Part shown: positions 8,338 through 17,013 of the stretch, piece after piece
Layout of the letters: each line of letters begins with the position of its first letter
Position numbering within the stretch: position 1 is the first letter of the stretch
NCBI GenBank assembly: GCA_003645615.1
Contig: QNBE01000001.1
Location: forward strand, 1 to 46,831
From: a candidate division WOR-3 bacterium
GTDB lineage: Bacteria > Hydrothermota > Tepidihabitantia > B36-G15
DNA length: 46,831 nucleotides
Direction: 5' to 3'
The notes under the pieces: generated by a model
The model's input: only the letters and a program-made list of their open reading frames with translations
The model's database searches: none
Told to the model about the DNA's origin: nothing
Made by a program: the position numbers and the translations under genes

Positions 8338-10408
8338 GGGCGTCCTTCTCACCATCGGCGTCCTGATCTACATAAATCTCTTATTTCTACCACCTTATGT
8401 CACCCGTAAGATTGAACTTAAGGAGGGGGATGTTGCCTTTGAGGATATCATCGCCCCATTCGACTTCTCGATACCAAAATCGGAAGAGGAGGTGGCCCAG
8501 GAGAGGAAGAGTATTGAGGAGAAGACCCCCCGAGTCTTTGTCTTCGATATGACCCAGCTCGATCAAGTCCGAGGCCGTATAAACGGCCTCATTGCTCAGA
8601 TTGATGAGATTCGAAAGAGCCGCACCTCCTTGGGTCGTAAGATTGATTCCATCCAGAAGATCATCCCGCTCTCCCAGAGCGCAAGTATGGAACTCCTTTC
8701 TCCCCGGAGGGAAAAGATATTCCGCAGAGTCAACGAGCTCATCGAAAAGATTATGCTTCAGGGTTATCTCCAGGAGGTGGAAATCCCCACCGCGATTATC
8801 TATGTTCAGATCGGCAATCGGGAGATTCCCGAGCTGGTCGACAACTTCTATACCAGAAAGAAAATCAACCGGTTGCTGGAGAAGGAACCCAAACCGGTGC
8901 GGGAACTGATCCTCAATCTGATTGCCCCCAATGTCCTGTATAATCGGGAGAGATCGCAGGAGTTATTAAAAGAGGCGCTCGGCGAACTCCGGACCACAAA
9001 GGGTATCGTCAAAAAAGGGGAGATGATCGTCGGTGCTCACGAACGAGTGAACCACGAGATTATGGAGAAGATCAATGCCCTGAACAATATCTATTCTCGT
9101 ACCGGTCTAAAATCGATCTTTAAATTCTTCTTGGGCCGGAACCTCTTCTTTCTAATCTTCATCTTTTTCATCAAGTATTATTTCGACAATCGCCGTCGGA
9201 TGTTTAAAGATAAGGATGTACTCTCATTCCTCATCTTTATCGTTATCGTATATTTCTCTCTCACCAAGCTGGTCAGCCTCACCATCGGGAATAACTATGC
9301 CATCCCGATCGCCTTTGCTATCCTCTTCTCCTATCTCTATCTGAATCTGGAGGCCTCGGTAGTCCTGGCTCTCATCCTTTCTCTCTCGACCGTGGTGATC
9401 TTCCCGGAGCTAAGACTGTTGGTATTCCTTATTTTGAGCGGAGTGGCCGCTTCCCTCATCGCCCGAATGGTTCAACACCGGTATGAGTTCTATCTTAATG
9501 CCCTGGTCCTCGCCTTTGTCCATGTGGCGGTAATCATCCTCAGCCACATCTCACTCCAGCCCTCAGAATCACTCGGTTTCGATCTCGCCTGGGGAGCGGC
9601 AAATGGTTTTGCCTCCAGCTTCATTATCCTTTTGCTGTTACCTCTTTTTGAGAAGCTTTTTTCCTTTACTACCGATCTTACCCTTCTGGAACTGGCCAAT
9701 CTGAATCGGGAGGTCTTCAAGGAGCTGGCGCTAAAGGCCCCGGGGACCTATCACCATTCGATCGTCGTCGGTAATCTTGCTGAAGCTGGGGCCCGGGCCA
9801 TCGGTGCCAATCCGATCCTGGCCCGTGTCGGGGCATACTATCATGATGTGGGGAAACTGAAAAAACCAGAGTATTTTAGTGAGAACCAGCTGGGTCAGAA
9901 GAACCCACACGATCAGCTCACTCCGGAGATGAGTAAGCTGGTGATCGTCAACCATGTGAAGGAAGGTGTGGAGATGGCAAAACAGATGGGCCTTCCACCG
10001 CGGGTAATCCGTCTGATTGCCGAACATCATGGAACAACGGTGGTTGAGCCATTCTACCTCAAGGCTCTCCACATCAGGGGTAAGATATCGGTTGATGATT
10101 TTCGCTATCCGGGCCCAAGACCATCTTCGATTGAAGCGGCGATAATAATGCTGGCCGACAGCGTTGAGGCAGCGGCCCGGAGTGCCGAGAATATCACCGT
10201 TTCCAAGCTGAGGAAGATCATCAAGGACATCTTCGACAAAAAATTTAACGACCATCAATTGGATGATTGTGAACTGACCCGGAAGGATCTCTTAAGACTC
10301 CAGGAGGCATTCTTCCCAATCCTTACCGGTGTTTTCCATCCCAGGGTTGACTATGAAGATAGAGATCTTCGGTCTCGAAAGCAGAGAAAAGCGGCTGCTA
10401 AGAAGTAG
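8315..10408 (+). CDS. 7TM-receptor-type HD/HDIG phosphohydrolase (YqfF/PgpH-like)
   Basis: An extracellular N-domain is followed by a polytopic hydrophobic core. The C-terminal HD domain carries HHSIVVGNLAE ... YYHDVGKLKKPEYF ... AEHHG. Confidence 0.85.
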   Translation: MKGRIVSRGVLLTIGVLIYINLLFLPPYVTRKIELKEGDVAFEDIIAPFDFSIPKSEEEVAQERKSIEEKTPRVFVFDMTQLDQVRGRINGLIAQIDEIRKSRTSLGRKIDSIQKIIPLSQSASMELLSPRREKIFRRVNELIEKIMLQGYLQEVEIPTAIIYVQIGNREIPELVDNFYTRKKINRLLEKEPKPVRELILNLIAPNVLYNRERSQELLKEALGELRTTKGIVKKGEMIVGAHERVNHEIMEKINALNNIYSRTGLKSIFKFFLGRNLFFLIFIFFIKYYFDNRRRMFKDKDVLSFLIFIVIVYFSLTKLVSLTIGNNYAIPIAFAILFSYLYLNLEASVVLALILSLSTVVIFPELRLLVFLILSGVAASLIARMVQHRYEFYLNALVLAFVHVAVIILSHISLQPSESLGFDLAWGAANGFASSFIILLLLPLFEKLFSFTTDLTLLELANLNREVFKELALKAPGTYHHSIVVGNLAEAGARAIGANPILARVGAYYHDVGKLKKPEYFSENQLGQKNPHDQLTPEMSKLVIVNHVKEGVEMAKQMGLPPRVIRLIAEHHGTTVVEPFYLKALHIRGKISVDDFRYPGPRPSSIEAAIIMLADSVEAAARSAENITVSKLRKIIKDIFDKKFNDHQLDDCELTRKDLLRLQEAFFPILTGVFHPRVDYEDRDLRSRKQRKAAAKK

Positions 10409-10706
10409 AATCAGGAAGGTGATGGAGAAAGAGGGCTTGAGTAAGGACCTCAATGTTGTCCTGGTCCCCCCCGGGTATATCAGGGAGCTGAACCGAAGAT
10501 ATCGACAGCGGGACTTCGCCACCGATGTCCTAAGTTTTGACCTCGACGATGTGGCTGAGATCTATATTCGGAAGGATGATGATATGACCTTGGATTCAAT
10601 CTGGGAACTCACCCTCCACGGTCTCCTCCATCTTCTGGGCTACGACCATGAGGATGAGGAGAGTTGGAGGAAGATGGAGGCGATTGCCCGCCGTTATCGA
10701 TCATGA
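10353..10706 (+). CDS. ybeY: rRNA maturation endoribonuclease YbeY
   Basis: Zinc-binding motif HGLLHLLGYDH. The preferred start is the ATG at 10353 (MKIEIFG...); the ORF track starts at 10329, inside the upstream gene. Confidence 0.85.
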   Translation: MKIEIFGLESREKRLLRSRIRKVMEKEGLSKDLNVVLVPPGYIRELNRRYRQRDFATDVLSFDLDDVAEIYIRKDDDMTLDSIWELTLHGLLHLLGYDHEDEESWRKMEAIARRYRS

Positions 10707-11923
10707 TCCTGATCGGTCTCATTCTTCTGCTCCTTTTAGGATCGGCACTCTTCTCCTCGATGGAGACCGCCCTCTTCTCAATTTCCCGAACCAAACTCAA
10801 GGCCCTCAGACAGCTAAAACGGCGTGGGGTTAGGAGCATTGCCTACCTTAAGAGTAGACCCGATCTGCTTCTCGTGGTCCTCCTTACCGGTAATCTTATC
10901 GTCAATGTTACTGCCGCGGCACTGGCAACCCTCTTTGTTATCGGCCTTTTCTCGGCGTCAAACGAGGTGCTGGTAATTGAGTCCTTTGTAATGAGTATCC
11001 TCCTGTTGATAATCGGGGAGATTACTCCCAAGGTTATCGCCCGACGCAACTATGAGAGTTTTGCCCTCCGGGTCTCCCCTTACTTCCGCTTCATCTATCT
11101 TGCCTTTCTTCCGGTGTCCATCCCTTTCTATCTCCTGGTAAGAAGGTTGATCCCCTCGCAAAGATTCGGTTCCCTCTCTCCAGAGGATCTGAGGACGATG
11201 GTCGAAGAGGCCGAGGCAAAGCGGGTCGTTTCCGAGTATGAGGCGGTGATTCTGCGTCAGCTTCTGACCCTGGGGATGAGGCGGGTGGCCGATATCATGA
11301 CCCCGAGAAATTCGATTGTGGCAATTCCGGTAGCGAATACCGCCGGCGATGCCTTGAGGTTGATCCGTCGCACCAGACATTCGCGGATTCTGGTCTATGG
11401 TAATAACCTTGATAATGTTGTGGGGATTATCTATGCCAAAGATCTTATCCGGAGCGACCCCAAGACACCTCTCCACCAGTTGTTGCGCGAGCCAATATTT
11501 ATCCCGGAGACAAAAAGGCTCGATAGTCTCTTGGAAGAGTTTACCGAGATCCGCTGCCATATCGGGGTCGTGGTTGATGAGTATGGTGGGGTATCCGGCC
11601 TGGTGACACTTGAGGATGTCCTTGAGGCTATCGTGGGCGAGATCGTTGACGAGTCGGATGATATTGAAGATCGAGATTATATCGCCTTGGGTGAAGATCG
11701 ATATCTGGTGAGTGGCGACCTCGATCTCGATGTCCTCTTCAATCTCTTCGGTAAGAAGCGGAAGATCGAGAAGGGGAAGCGGGTGAGCGCTTATATCATG
11801 GATCTATTGGGATCGATTCCCGTCGAAGGCGAGGTTGTCCATTTCGACCACCTTGAGGCAAAGATTTCAAAGGTTGTTGGGAATCGGATCGTATGGCTGG
11901 TAGTCCGATCGATCTCATCATAG
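10703..11923 (+). CDS. Hemolysin/CorC-family protein (DUF21/CNNM membrane domain, CBS pair, CorC_HlyC domain)
   Basis: The ATG at 10703 forms an ATGA overlap with the ybeY stop. The N-terminus LGSALFSSMETALFSISR is typical of DUF21. A CBS region is present, and a C-terminal transporter-associated domain is plausible. Confidence 0.85.
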   Translation: MILIGLILLLLLGSALFSSMETALFSISRTKLKALRQLKRRGVRSIAYLKSRPDLLLVVLLTGNLIVNVTAAALATLFVIGLFSASNEVLVIESFVMSILLLIIGEITPKVIARRNYESFALRVSPYFRFIYLAFLPVSIPFYLLVRRLIPSQRFGSLSPEDLRTMVEEAEAKRVVSEYEAVILRQLLTLGMRRVADIMTPRNSIVAIPVANTAGDALRLIRRTRHSRILVYGNNLDNVVGIIYAKDLIRSDPKTPLHQLLREPIFIPETKRLDSLLEEFTEIRCHIGVVVDEYGGVSGLVTLEDVLEAIVGEIVDESDDIEDRDYIALGEDRYLVSGDLDLDVLFNLFGKKRKIEKGKRVSAYIMDLLGSIPVEGEVVHFDHLEAKISKVVGNRIVWLVVRSISS

Positions 11924-12828
11924 CCACTCTGGCCCTTGGTCTCCAGGCCTTCTTTGCTGGTGCGGAGACCGCACTCATCACTATCGATCACTTTCGAATC
12001 AAGGCATTAAAGTCGAGATATCGGTGGGCCCAACGGGTCGAATATTTCCAAAGGAACCCGGAGGCCTTCTTCTCATCGATCCTGATCGGTGAAGACATCG
12101 CTCTGGTGGTTATGACGACCTTCTTCACCCGTTTCATCATTGCTACCTTTGGGTCGATCGGAACCTTCTATTCGGTGGCAATCATTTCAATCATTTCGCT
12201 GATCTTTGCTCAGATCATACCAAAGGGGCTTGCCTTAAACCGGGGGCTCGATTTTCTCGCCCACGGTGTCTATCCCATCTACGACCTCAGTCTCCTATTG
12301 CGTCCGGTGATTCTGGTGATAAGGAAAGTCACCGCCGTCTTTCTCAAACTCTATCCCAAGGAGGAGTTCACCCATCTGCTCGCTCATGAGATCGTGGAGG
12401 GGTTCAGGGATGCCCGCTCCTACGGTCATCTTTCCAGGAAGGCAGACCGGATTGCCGAGCGGCTCAATATCGTAAGGAGGAGAACGGTGAAAGAGGTTAT
12501 GATTCCGATCGAAAGGGCGGTAACGATCAAAAGTCCTGAGGAACTGACGTCGGTCTTTGGCGATCATATCTACTCAAGAATACCGGTTATCAGGGATGGT
12601 CAGATCCTCGGGGTGATCAACGTCAAAGAGTATATCTACACCGGTAAGGTTGAACTCCGTGAACCACTGATCGTTGATGCGGAAACCCCAATACTTACAT
12701 TGCTCCGGATTCTGAAGGGAAGTGGAGAACAACTTGCGATCGTTGTCGAGCAGAACCGGCCGGTTGGTATTGTCAGCCTTGAAGATCTGATCGAAGAGCT
12801 GGTGGGCGAGATCGAGGAGGAACTCTGA
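11893..12828 (+). CDS. Second DUF21-CBS protein (CNNM/hemolysin family), ending directly after the CBS pair
   Basis: N-terminus FFAGAETALITID (DUF21). It ends ...VSLEDLIEELVGEIEEEL*, with no CorC_HlyC-type C-terminal domain. Confidence 0.75.
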   Translation: MAGSPIDLIIATLALGLQAFFAGAETALITIDHFRIKALKSRYRWAQRVEYFQRNPEAFFSSILIGEDIALVVMTTFFTRFIIATFGSIGTFYSVAIISIISLIFAQIIPKGLALNRGLDFLAHGVYPIYDLSLLLRPVILVIRKVTAVFLKLYPKEEFTHLLAHEIVEGFRDARSYGHLSRKADRIAERLNIVRRRTVKEVMIPIERAVTIKSPEELTSVFGDHIYSRIPVIRDGQILGVINVKEYIYTGKVELREPLIVDAETPILTLLRILKGSGEQLAIVVEQNRPVGIVSLEDLIEELVGEIEEEL

Positions 12829-13562
12829 AGAGGCTGATCAAGACCCTCGGTATTGTAACCCAGGTCATACCCCATCGTGAGTCGAGTGCGATTATCAAGG
12901 TGTTCACCGATAGCCATGGGCTCATTCCGATAGTGGTGAGGGGTGGGAGGAGGCCGACCAGCCCCCATGTTGCATCCTTAAGGACATTCGTTAAAGCGGA
13001 ATTTAATCTCTATCATAGTGGTCGAAGTGATTTCTATCATCTGAGTGAGGTGAATGTCCTCACCCAGCCGGCCAATATCATTTCCGACAGATCCCGATTT
13101 CTGATTGGCGCGGTCTTTGTTGAAGTGATCACAAAATTGGCACCGCCCGGAATGGTAAGTCGGAGATTATTCCATACTTTGGAGTCTTTTTTACAAAAAC
13201 TGGAATCGGGTCGAGATTCGGCCTTTACCCTTCTTATCCTTTTTCTCGTTGAGGTATTGAGAATATCCGGGTATCTCCCTTCCCTGCGATCCTGTCTTAT
13301 TTGTGGCTCCCCAGGAATAAGGTATTTCAGTGCTGCCCATGGTGGCTGTCTCTGTGCCCAACACGGTGGTGGTATCCGGCTGGATGACGAGATGGTGGAG
13401 GCCCTACAGAGGCTTGACTGCCGTGAGGTGCCAGGATCACCATCGCTTCGGAAGAAAGTTTTGAGCCTTCTGGTCGATTTCTACCACTACCACATCGGAG
13501 AACCTGGAGCCGCCCTGTCCTCTGTGTTGACAGAAAGGGAGGGTAGAGCTATAATCGGATGA
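12825..13562 (+). CDS. recO: DNA repair protein RecO; start codon uncertain (CTG at 12825 proposed, GTG at 12900 in the ORF track)
   Basis: A RecO-like OB-fold N-terminus (KRLIKTLGIVTQVIPHRESSAIIKVFTDSHGLIPIVVRGGRR) is encoded upstream of the GTG at 12900, in the same frame. A central Cys cluster CLICG...CLCAQHG is present. GGAGG (12816-12820) lies 4 nt before the CTG at 12825. Confidence 0.7.
   Translation: MKRLIKTLGIVTQVIPHRESSAIIKVFTDSHGLIPIVVRGGRRPTSPHVASLRTFVKAEFNLYHSGRSDFYHLSEVNVLTQPANIISDRSRFLIGAVFVEVITKLAPPGMVSRRLFHTLESFLQKLESGRDSAFTLLILFLVEVLRISGYLPSLRSCLICGSPGIRYFSAAHGGCLCAQHGGGIRLDDEMVEALQRLDCREVPGSPSLRKKVLSLLVDFYHYHIGEPGAALSSVLTEREGRAIIG
13527..13555 (+). promoter_or_regulatory. 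Consensus sigma70 promoter inside the recO 3' end, for the M23 peptidase gene
   Basis: TTGACA (13527-13532), 17-nt spacer, TATAAT (13550-13555). ATG codons follow at 13559 and 13562. Confidence 0.55.
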
Positions 13563-14443
13563 TGGGCAGAGTTTCTCTCTTCCTCGTTGCCGGCCGCCGC
13601 ACGGTCAGGCTGGGGGTAGGATCAGCGGTTCTCGCTGTTGTGCTGATCGCAATCGGTCTTGCCCTGGTTGGTACGGGATACCTTCTATTCAACGCGGCAA
13701 AAAAGACGGTCAATCTCCAGCAACTTGAGTCCTTGCGACGGGAGAACCGTCAGCTCCACTCTCGGGTAGTCCAATTGACCAGTGATATGGAGGAGATCCG
13801 GAAGATCCTCGATGAGATCTATCGGATTGATCAGTCGATCCGACTCGCCTATGGGATCGAACTAATTGAGAGTGATCTGAGATCACCCGGGATTGGTGGA
13901 CGATCCGGTAATGGTCCAGTTGAGGTGAGGCAGCTCGCCTATGAGATCGATCGGTTGTTGGCTGCGGCGAGATTCGAGCGGGAGAGCTTCGAGCGGCTTG
14001 ATCAGCATCTCCAGAGGAAATATCATATCCTAAGCCATACCCCTTCGATAATCCCGGTCAATGGAATCCTGACCAGCGGCTTTGGTCCTCGTCTCGACCC
14101 TTTTACTGGCCGGATGAGATTCCATGAGGGGCAGGACATTGCTGCCCCACCAGGGACACCGATCGTTGCTCCCGCCGATGGCGTGGTGACAACCGTCAAA
14201 CGTAAAAGGGGATATGGTCTTACCATCGAGATCGATCATGGCTACGGGATAAAGACGAGATACGCCCACTGTATGGCGGCCAAGGTAACGCCGGGGATGA
14301 GGATAAAACGGGGTGATGTTATCGGATTGGTTGGAACCAGCGGTCGGGTCACCGGCCCCCACCTCCACTACGAAGTCCATGTCGCCGGGAGGAAGGTGAA
14401 CCCCTTAAATTACATCATCAGAGAAGAAGTTATTGTCGATTAA
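13562..14443 (+). CDS. M23 family metallopeptidase (EnvC/MepM-like murein endopeptidase) with an N-terminal TM segment and coiled coil
   Basis: Motifs HEGQDIAAPPGTPIVAPADG and GTSGRVTGPHLHYEVH. The start is 13559 or 13562. Confidence 0.85.
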   Translation: MGRVSLFLVAGRRTVRLGVGSAVLAVVLIAIGLALVGTGYLLFNAAKKTVNLQQLESLRRENRQLHSRVVQLTSDMEEIRKILDEIYRIDQSIRLAYGIELIESDLRSPGIGGRSGNGPVEVRQLAYEIDRLLAAARFERESFERLDQHLQRKYHILSHTPSIIPVNGILTSGFGPRLDPFTGRMRFHEGQDIAAPPGTPIVAPADGVVTTVKRKRGYGLTIEIDHGYGIKTRYAHCMAAKVTPGMRIKRGDVIGLVGTSGRVTGPHLHYEVHVAGRKVNPLNYIIREEVIVD

Positions 14444-14873
14444 GATCAAGATCTTTCTGGTTGCTATTATTGCACTGGCCGGATATCTGATCATCGATCT
14501 CATTATCGAAACCGAGGGGGAGAGGGTCGAGGCTGTTATCCACTCGGCAAAGACGATGGTAGAGGAGGAGGATCTCGGGCTTCTCGACCTGATTGATCCC
14601 GATTTCCAATATCAGGAGTACGGCTATGAGGATGTGGCCAATAACCTCACCGATTTCTACCACCGTTTCGATCGGATCCGGATCGATCTCAAAATCGACA
14701 GGGTTCTGGTGACCAATTCTTTGGCTGAGTGTAGCCTTAAGGCCCGAATCACCGGGGTGCTCGATTCGATGCCGGTTTTGCTTTTTGGTGAAATCCTCTC
14801 CCGATCACCGGTAGTAGTGAGGTTGCGGAAGAAGGGGGGGAGATGGCTGATAAGGAGGGTTGATGCTTCTTGA
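14433..14873 (+). CDS. Hypothetical membrane-anchored protein
   Basis: The ORF has a TTG start and there is no upstream ATG. It has an N-terminal TM segment (IFLVAIIALAGYLIIDLII). No family motif recognised. Confidence 0.4.
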   Translation: MSIKIKIFLVAIIALAGYLIIDLIIETEGERVEAVIHSAKTMVEEEDLGLLDLIDPDFQYQEYGYEDVANNLTDFYHRFDRIRIDLKIDRVLVTNSLAECSLKARITGVLDSMPVLLFGEILSRSPVVVRLRKKGGRWLIRRVDAS

Positions 14874-15849
14874 GTTACTTTTTGCCATCACATTATCACT
14901 CGATACCGTAATAACCCATCCGAGGATGATTGCCCCCAAATCGGTCTATATCAGTCCGGATGGACAGACCGCCTATATCAATAATCTGGAGGGGATGAAT
15001 ACCCTCATCTACGATGTGGCAACACGCAAGGTCAAAGGGATAATCCAGCACCGTGGAAAACCGGTAGAGAGCTGTTTTACCCGAGGAGGAAGGTATGTCT
15101 GGATCTCCTACTATCGACTGATCGGACCCGGATACCCCCCCTGTCCGGAATGGCGGAAGTATAAGACGAGGTCGATCGTGGTGGTGTATGATACACTTAA
15201 AGAGAAGATTGTAAAGGAGATAAAGGTAGGGGTTATCCCCAAGATCATCAGGACCTCCCCTGATGGCCGGTATGTTCTGGTCAGTAACTGGAATTCCCAT
15301 TCGGTCTCGGTGATTGATGCCGACTCATTCCGGGTAGTCAAGGAGATTCGTGTCGGCTGGGTCCCGAGAGGGATCTCCTTCAGTCTCGATTCCCATTATG
15401 CCTATGTGGTGAATATGGGGGGATTTACGATCAGCAAGATCGATCTGGATTCCCTCAGAGTGGTGGAGGTGATCAAGAAGGGGGTTGGCAATCGTCCCCG
15501 CCATATCGTCACCACCCCGGATAGTCAATATATGCTTTTCAGTTGTCATGGTGATGGCCATATCCGGAAACTCGATCTCCGGGCCGATTCCATTGTTGGG
15601 AAGATTAAGGTGGGTAGACAGCCGAGGACAATAGTCCTCGATCCAGAGGGGAATTATCTCTTTGTGGTAAATTATCGTTCCAATTCCATCTCAGTGGTTG
15701 ATATCAAGAAGATGGAGGTGGTGGCCGAGGCCAGGGCGGGGATAAAACCGGTTGGTTGTGACCTCACCCCGGATGGGAAGGAGCTCTGGGTCACCAACTA
15801 CGGTTCCGGGAGTGTCTATATCTATAAGATCGACTATTCGAAGGGCTGA
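14863..15849 (+). CDS. YVTN-family beta-propeller repeat protein
   Basis: Repeated ~40-aa units with P(D/E)G..(Y/L).V.N....SVSVID-type signatures (SPDGQTAYINN, SPDGRYVLVSNWNSHSVSVID, DPEGNYLFVVNYRSNSISVVD, TPDGKELWVTNYGSGSV). The ATG at 14863 lies 4 nt after GGAGG. Confidence 0.75.
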   Translation: MLLELLFAITLSLDTVITHPRMIAPKSVYISPDGQTAYINNLEGMNTLIYDVATRKVKGIIQHRGKPVESCFTRGGRYVWISYYRLIGPGYPPCPEWRKYKTRSIVVVYDTLKEKIVKEIKVGVIPKIIRTSPDGRYVLVSNWNSHSVSVIDADSFRVVKEIRVGWVPRGISFSLDSHYAYVVNMGGFTISKIDLDSLRVVEVIKKGVGNRPRHIVTTPDSQYMLFSCHGDGHIRKLDLRADSIVGKIKVGRQPRTIVLDPEGNYLFVVNYRSNSISVVDIKKMEVVAEARAGIKPVGCDLTPDGKELWVTNYGSGSVYIYKIDYSKG

Positions 15850-16934
15850 AATCGATCCTTAAGCTTTTCCATCACCTGGGGCATGGTAGTATATTCCATC
15901 TCCGAGAGTGGTAGCCGGTGGGGCTCAAATGGTCCCATCCGCCGGATATAATCGGCAATCTCATTGGCGATCCTACGGGCATTATCGAAGGAGGGGTCGG
16001 CAAAGTGATCCCTGGGTCCGATCAGCTTACCATTGGCAAGCTGGAAACCCAAGGCGATCACCCGGGGTGGGCCATCGAATCGGGCCGGGTTGGCATCATC
16101 AACTGCCACCGGCATGAAGGGTCCGAAATGGGAGCCGCGCATCCAGCCGGAGACGAGATAGGGGTTGGTGAACGGCTCCAGGACCTCGCCGACCGCGGGG
16201 AATCCACTCTGGCAGCGGACAATCATCACCGGGTCGTCCTTCCCAACATAACGGCCGGCAATAAGGGACAGTTTCTGGGTCGATGAGACCGCGGCAATCT
16301 CACCGGTCTCCCGGGAGTGGACCGACTTGATCATGTAGTCCTCGGAGGCACCGATCAGAACCAGAAGATCATAGAGATCATCCGGGGCATGGAGGGTGAC
16401 CTTCTTATGTTCCTTGACATTAACAACCTCGAAGGAGAACCCCTTATGCATCTTGGGATCGATCACCAGACCGATCGTATTGAAGGGATCGGCAAAGATC
16501 TTATAAAGGGGATAGTTCCAGGCCCCGGGCGATGTCTTATCACCCATGAAGATGAGGATCGGCTCTGATGGTCGCTCGGTGAATGACATCTCCGCCACTC
16601 CAGGACCCATCCCCTTAACATTGCCAGAGAAGGCATCGGAGAGGAGATCCTGGCCAGCACCATATAGTTTCAGCTTCTTGGCCAGTTCGGTGAGATCGAC
16701 AAAGGTATCCCAGGCGATCTTGTGGATCTCACTGTTATCGACCCCTTTCTGGTGAGTCATGATCAGCTCGCAGTCATCGCCGACCCTGGTGACATGGAAG
16801 TCGATGATCGTCCCTTCTGATTTATGTTTCTCGAGAAGCTGCTCGGCACGGGCCAGAATTTCCGGATGGGAGCTGGAATGCCCAACATAGCCGCCGATAT
16901 CGGCTTTGATAACCGATAGGGTAATCTCAGCCAT
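15834..16934 (-). CDS. fbp: Fructose-1,6-bisphosphate aldolase/phosphatase (class V FBPase, bifunctional)
   Basis: The N-terminus MAEITLSVIKADIGGYVGHSSSHPE matches the hallmark start of archaeal-type FBP aldolase/phosphatase, and the ~366 aa length fits. The SD AAGGAGG lies 5 nt before the ATG at 16934; the GTG at 16940 sits on top of the SD. Confidence 0.9.
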   Translation of the reverse strand: MAEITLSVIKADIGGYVGHSSSHPEILARAEQLLEKHKSEGTIIDFHVTRVGDDCELIMTHQKGVDNSEIHKIAWDTFVDLTELAKKLKLYGAGQDLLSDAFSGNVKGMGPGVAEMSFTERPSEPILIFMGDKTSPGAWNYPLYKIFADPFNTIGLVIDPKMHKGFSFEVVNVKEHKKVTLHAPDDLYDLLVLIGASEDYMIKSVHSRETGEIAAVSSTQKLSLIAGRYVGKDDPVMIVRCQSGFPAVGEVLEPFTNPYLVSGWMRGSHFGPFMPVAVDDANPARFDGPPRVIALGFQLANGKLIGPRDHFADPSFDNARRIANEIADYIRRMGPFEPHRLPLSEMEYTTMPQVMEKLKDRFQPFE

Positions 16935-16951
16935 CGTCACCTCCTTTTCAA

Positions 16952-16980
16952 ATTATAGCCGACTCCCCTTTGGGAGTCAA
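16952..16980 (-). promoter_or_regulatory. Consensus sigma70 promoter for fbp
   Basis: On the minus strand: TTGACT (16980-16975), 17-nt spacer, TATAAT (16957-16952). The spacer contains the hairpin GACTCCC-cttt-GGGAGTC (16961-16978). Confidence 0.55.
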
Positions 16981-17008
16981 TTGACATAAGGCCGGAATCG
17001 GGTAATTT
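16981..17008 (+). promoter_or_regulatory. Sigma70-like promoter for capA, back-to-back with the fbp -35 box
   Basis: TTGACA (16981-16986), 16-nt spacer, TAATTT (17003-17008), 5 nt, ATG at 17014. Confidence 0.5.
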
Positions 17009-17013
17009 ATAGC

